A stretch of DNA of 63,624 bases, filler included, from Calcarisporiella thermophila CBS 279.70 (lineage: Eukaryota > Fungi > Calcarisporiellomycota), in NCBI RefSeq assembly GCF_041956535.1. It is 5 parts of 5 records of this genome, joined end to end, with 100 filler letters (N's around TTAATTAATTAA, not from the genome) between each part and the next. Parts side by side here need not be neighbours in the genome. Positions count along the whole stretch, not along the records: positions 58,272 to 62,471 come from NW_027192197.1; positions 62,572 to 63,624 come from NW_027192196.1; 3 more parts are not named here. One strand, written 5' to 3'. Under the pieces are notes generated by a model. That model saw nothing but the letters and a program-made list of their open reading frames with translations, searched no databases and was not told the origin of the DNA. The position numbers and the translations under genes were made by a program. Below, piece after piece: positions 61,862 through 63,624 of this stretch. The number at the start of each line of letters is the position of its first letter. The first letter of the stretch is position 1.

Positions 61862-62230
61862 ATGAAGCCAATTTCCGACAAGACTCGCGACAGTGTTTTT
61901 ATTTACTCCAATGAAGGAAGGCCTTGTCGTCAAATAGCAAAACTGCTTGACATCCATTACTCGACAGTTGCAAGGGTCATCGCAGGAGAAAGATGGCATT
62001 GGCCTGATTTCAAAAGGCCACCTGGTGGTCGCCCCCGAATTCTGAGCGAGAGGCAGGAGAGAAAAATAGCGACATTATTATCGTCAGGTCAGTGTAAAAA
62101 TGCACTTGCAGTTAAGAAACACTTCAAGAACGAATACGATGTGGATGTGTCTGTCGATGTTGTGAGGCTAGCTGTAATGAGACGAGAACAAGGTTTTTAT
62201 AATAATAAAATAATAAGAATAACAAGGTAA
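61862..62230 (+). mobile_element. Tc1/mariner transposase N-terminal HTH fragment
   Basis: RQIAKLLDIHYSTVARV, GGRPRILSERQERKI, VSVDVVR. The DDE domain is missing. Confidence 0.75.
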
Positions 62231-62471
62231 AACAAGGTAAAACTGAGTTAAGAACCAGGTCAAAAACTAGGTAAAAAACAAGGTCAGGTTTAATAACATG
62301 TAGTTGTCAATATTTAAAGGAATCAAAATAAAATCAGGCGATAAACAAGATCAGGCGAGAATGGAGAATTGTTACACAGGTTCATAGGGAAAAAATGTCC
62401 GATTCGAATTTTTTTTCAAAAATTTAGGTCACGTATCTTAGAAAAATTTTTTTCAAAAAATTGGTGGCTTA

Positions 62472-62571
62472 NNNNNNNNNNNNNNNNNNNNNNNNNNNNN
62501 NNNNNNNNNNNNNNNTTAATTAATTAANNNNNNNNNNNNNNNNNNNNNNNNNNNNNNNNNNNNNNNNNNNN
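62472..62571. other. Artificial contig linker
   Basis: N-run with TTAATTAATTAA. Confidence 0.97.
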
Positions 62572-63624
62572 CTCAAGAAGGCGTATTTCAAGTTGTGCTT
62601 AAAGACCCTCCAGTTGTATTTGAAGATACATTGGAATGGACTCAGGAGGATGTCCACAAGCTACAGCAGGACTATTTCATTTCCGACAGACGCAGAGGCT
62701 TCAACCTCGATCAGACCGCCTTCACTAGATTCACACTAGTTCGCATCAAGGACACAAATCGTCATCTTCTCTTCTGGAGCATGCATCACTCGATTATAGA
62801 TGGCTGGTCTAGCTCTATTTTGCTAGCTGATGTGCTGAAGGCCTATTCGACTGGCAAGGTGGAGATTCGACCTCCTTTCAAAGCACATGTTGAGTCCATC
62901 CTGTCGACCAATATTAGTGAGGCTAAAGAGTATTGGAGATCTGCATTTGAAGGGGCGATTGTCCCTGAGAAGCTGAGCATTTTGGATGGAGAGCTTGATG
63001 CAGAAGACGCGGAGCCTACTGCACAAACTTACGACCTAGATGCTTCAGTTGATCAGCTTTCGTTACTCTGTAAGAGGTTCAGTGTAACCCTATCCAATTT
63101 CCTCCGAGCTATATGGGCGGTTGTTCTTCGCCACTTTACAAGATGTGACGACGTGATTTTTGGATGTGTTATCATGGGTCGCGATGAAAGCGTCGATGAT
63201 GTCACGAGGTACAGATGGGTGAACTAAGCTTCACTATTATGGACCGTGAAGCATTAAGTATGGGAGCTTACTAATATATGTGTATTTGTAGAATGATCGG
63301 AGCCCTTATCAACACCATACCACTTAGGGTTGTACTGAACGACTCGATGACGGTTGGCGAGCTGTTTCATGCAATGCAGGATTTCCACGTCACCTCCCTC
63401 CCCTATAGTCATGTCCCACTTTCCGATATCAGGCGTTGGACAAATTTGCCGTGGAGGCAAGAGATGTTCCAAACCCTTTTCTCCTTCCAGAACACAAGCT
63501 CGCAGCAGTCTTCCATGGATAACCTTGCTGGAGACCTCAGGATCAACGAGGTGCAACATTTCGAGGCCACGGAGTATCCACTTGCCATTACTATTCACTC
63601 GACAGGCACATCTATCAGTGCAGC
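62572..63624 (+). CDS. Non-ribosomal peptide synthetase, condensation domain (partial at both ends)
   Basis: MHHSIIDGWS (HHxxxDG), DDVIFGCVIMGR, then after an intron (~63209-63291) MIGALINTIPLRV...TEYPLAI. Confidence 0.9.

Overview
Eukaryotic DNA from an intron-containing genome, most consistent with an early-diverging (Mucoromycota-like) fungus, given a Crinkler effector, a class C GPCR and an NRPS. Five contigs are joined by artificial N-TTAATTAATTAA-N linkers. About 20 protein genes are recognisable: RhoGEF, two divergent bZIPs, class C GPCR, BCKDH E1-alpha, RER1, RPS28, CRT10-like, ALDH, a PA1994-like protein, H2A.Z, ADAT1, syntaxin, NLE1/RSA4, MUB1/SamB, an RS-cyclophilin, CRN and an NRPS fragment. 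There are five intact tRNA genes. The most striking structure is a tRNA-anchored retroelement system. Four of the five tRNA genes have non-LTR insertions (tRNA-derived SINEs and L1/Tx1-like LINE pieces) 76-95 nt upstream. These are always head-to-head with the tRNA, mostly carry 11-17 bp TSDs, and are nested so that they record insertion order. TGTTACG-ended LTR-like repeats sit 10-13 nt upstream of two tRNAs. The stacks also contain a 14-nt abortive insertion with a 17-bp TSD, and a chimeric retrocopy in which a host universal-stress-protein mRNA fragment is fused to the last 10 nt of the SINE. Coordinates were counted by eye, exon limits are approximate, and no database searches were run.
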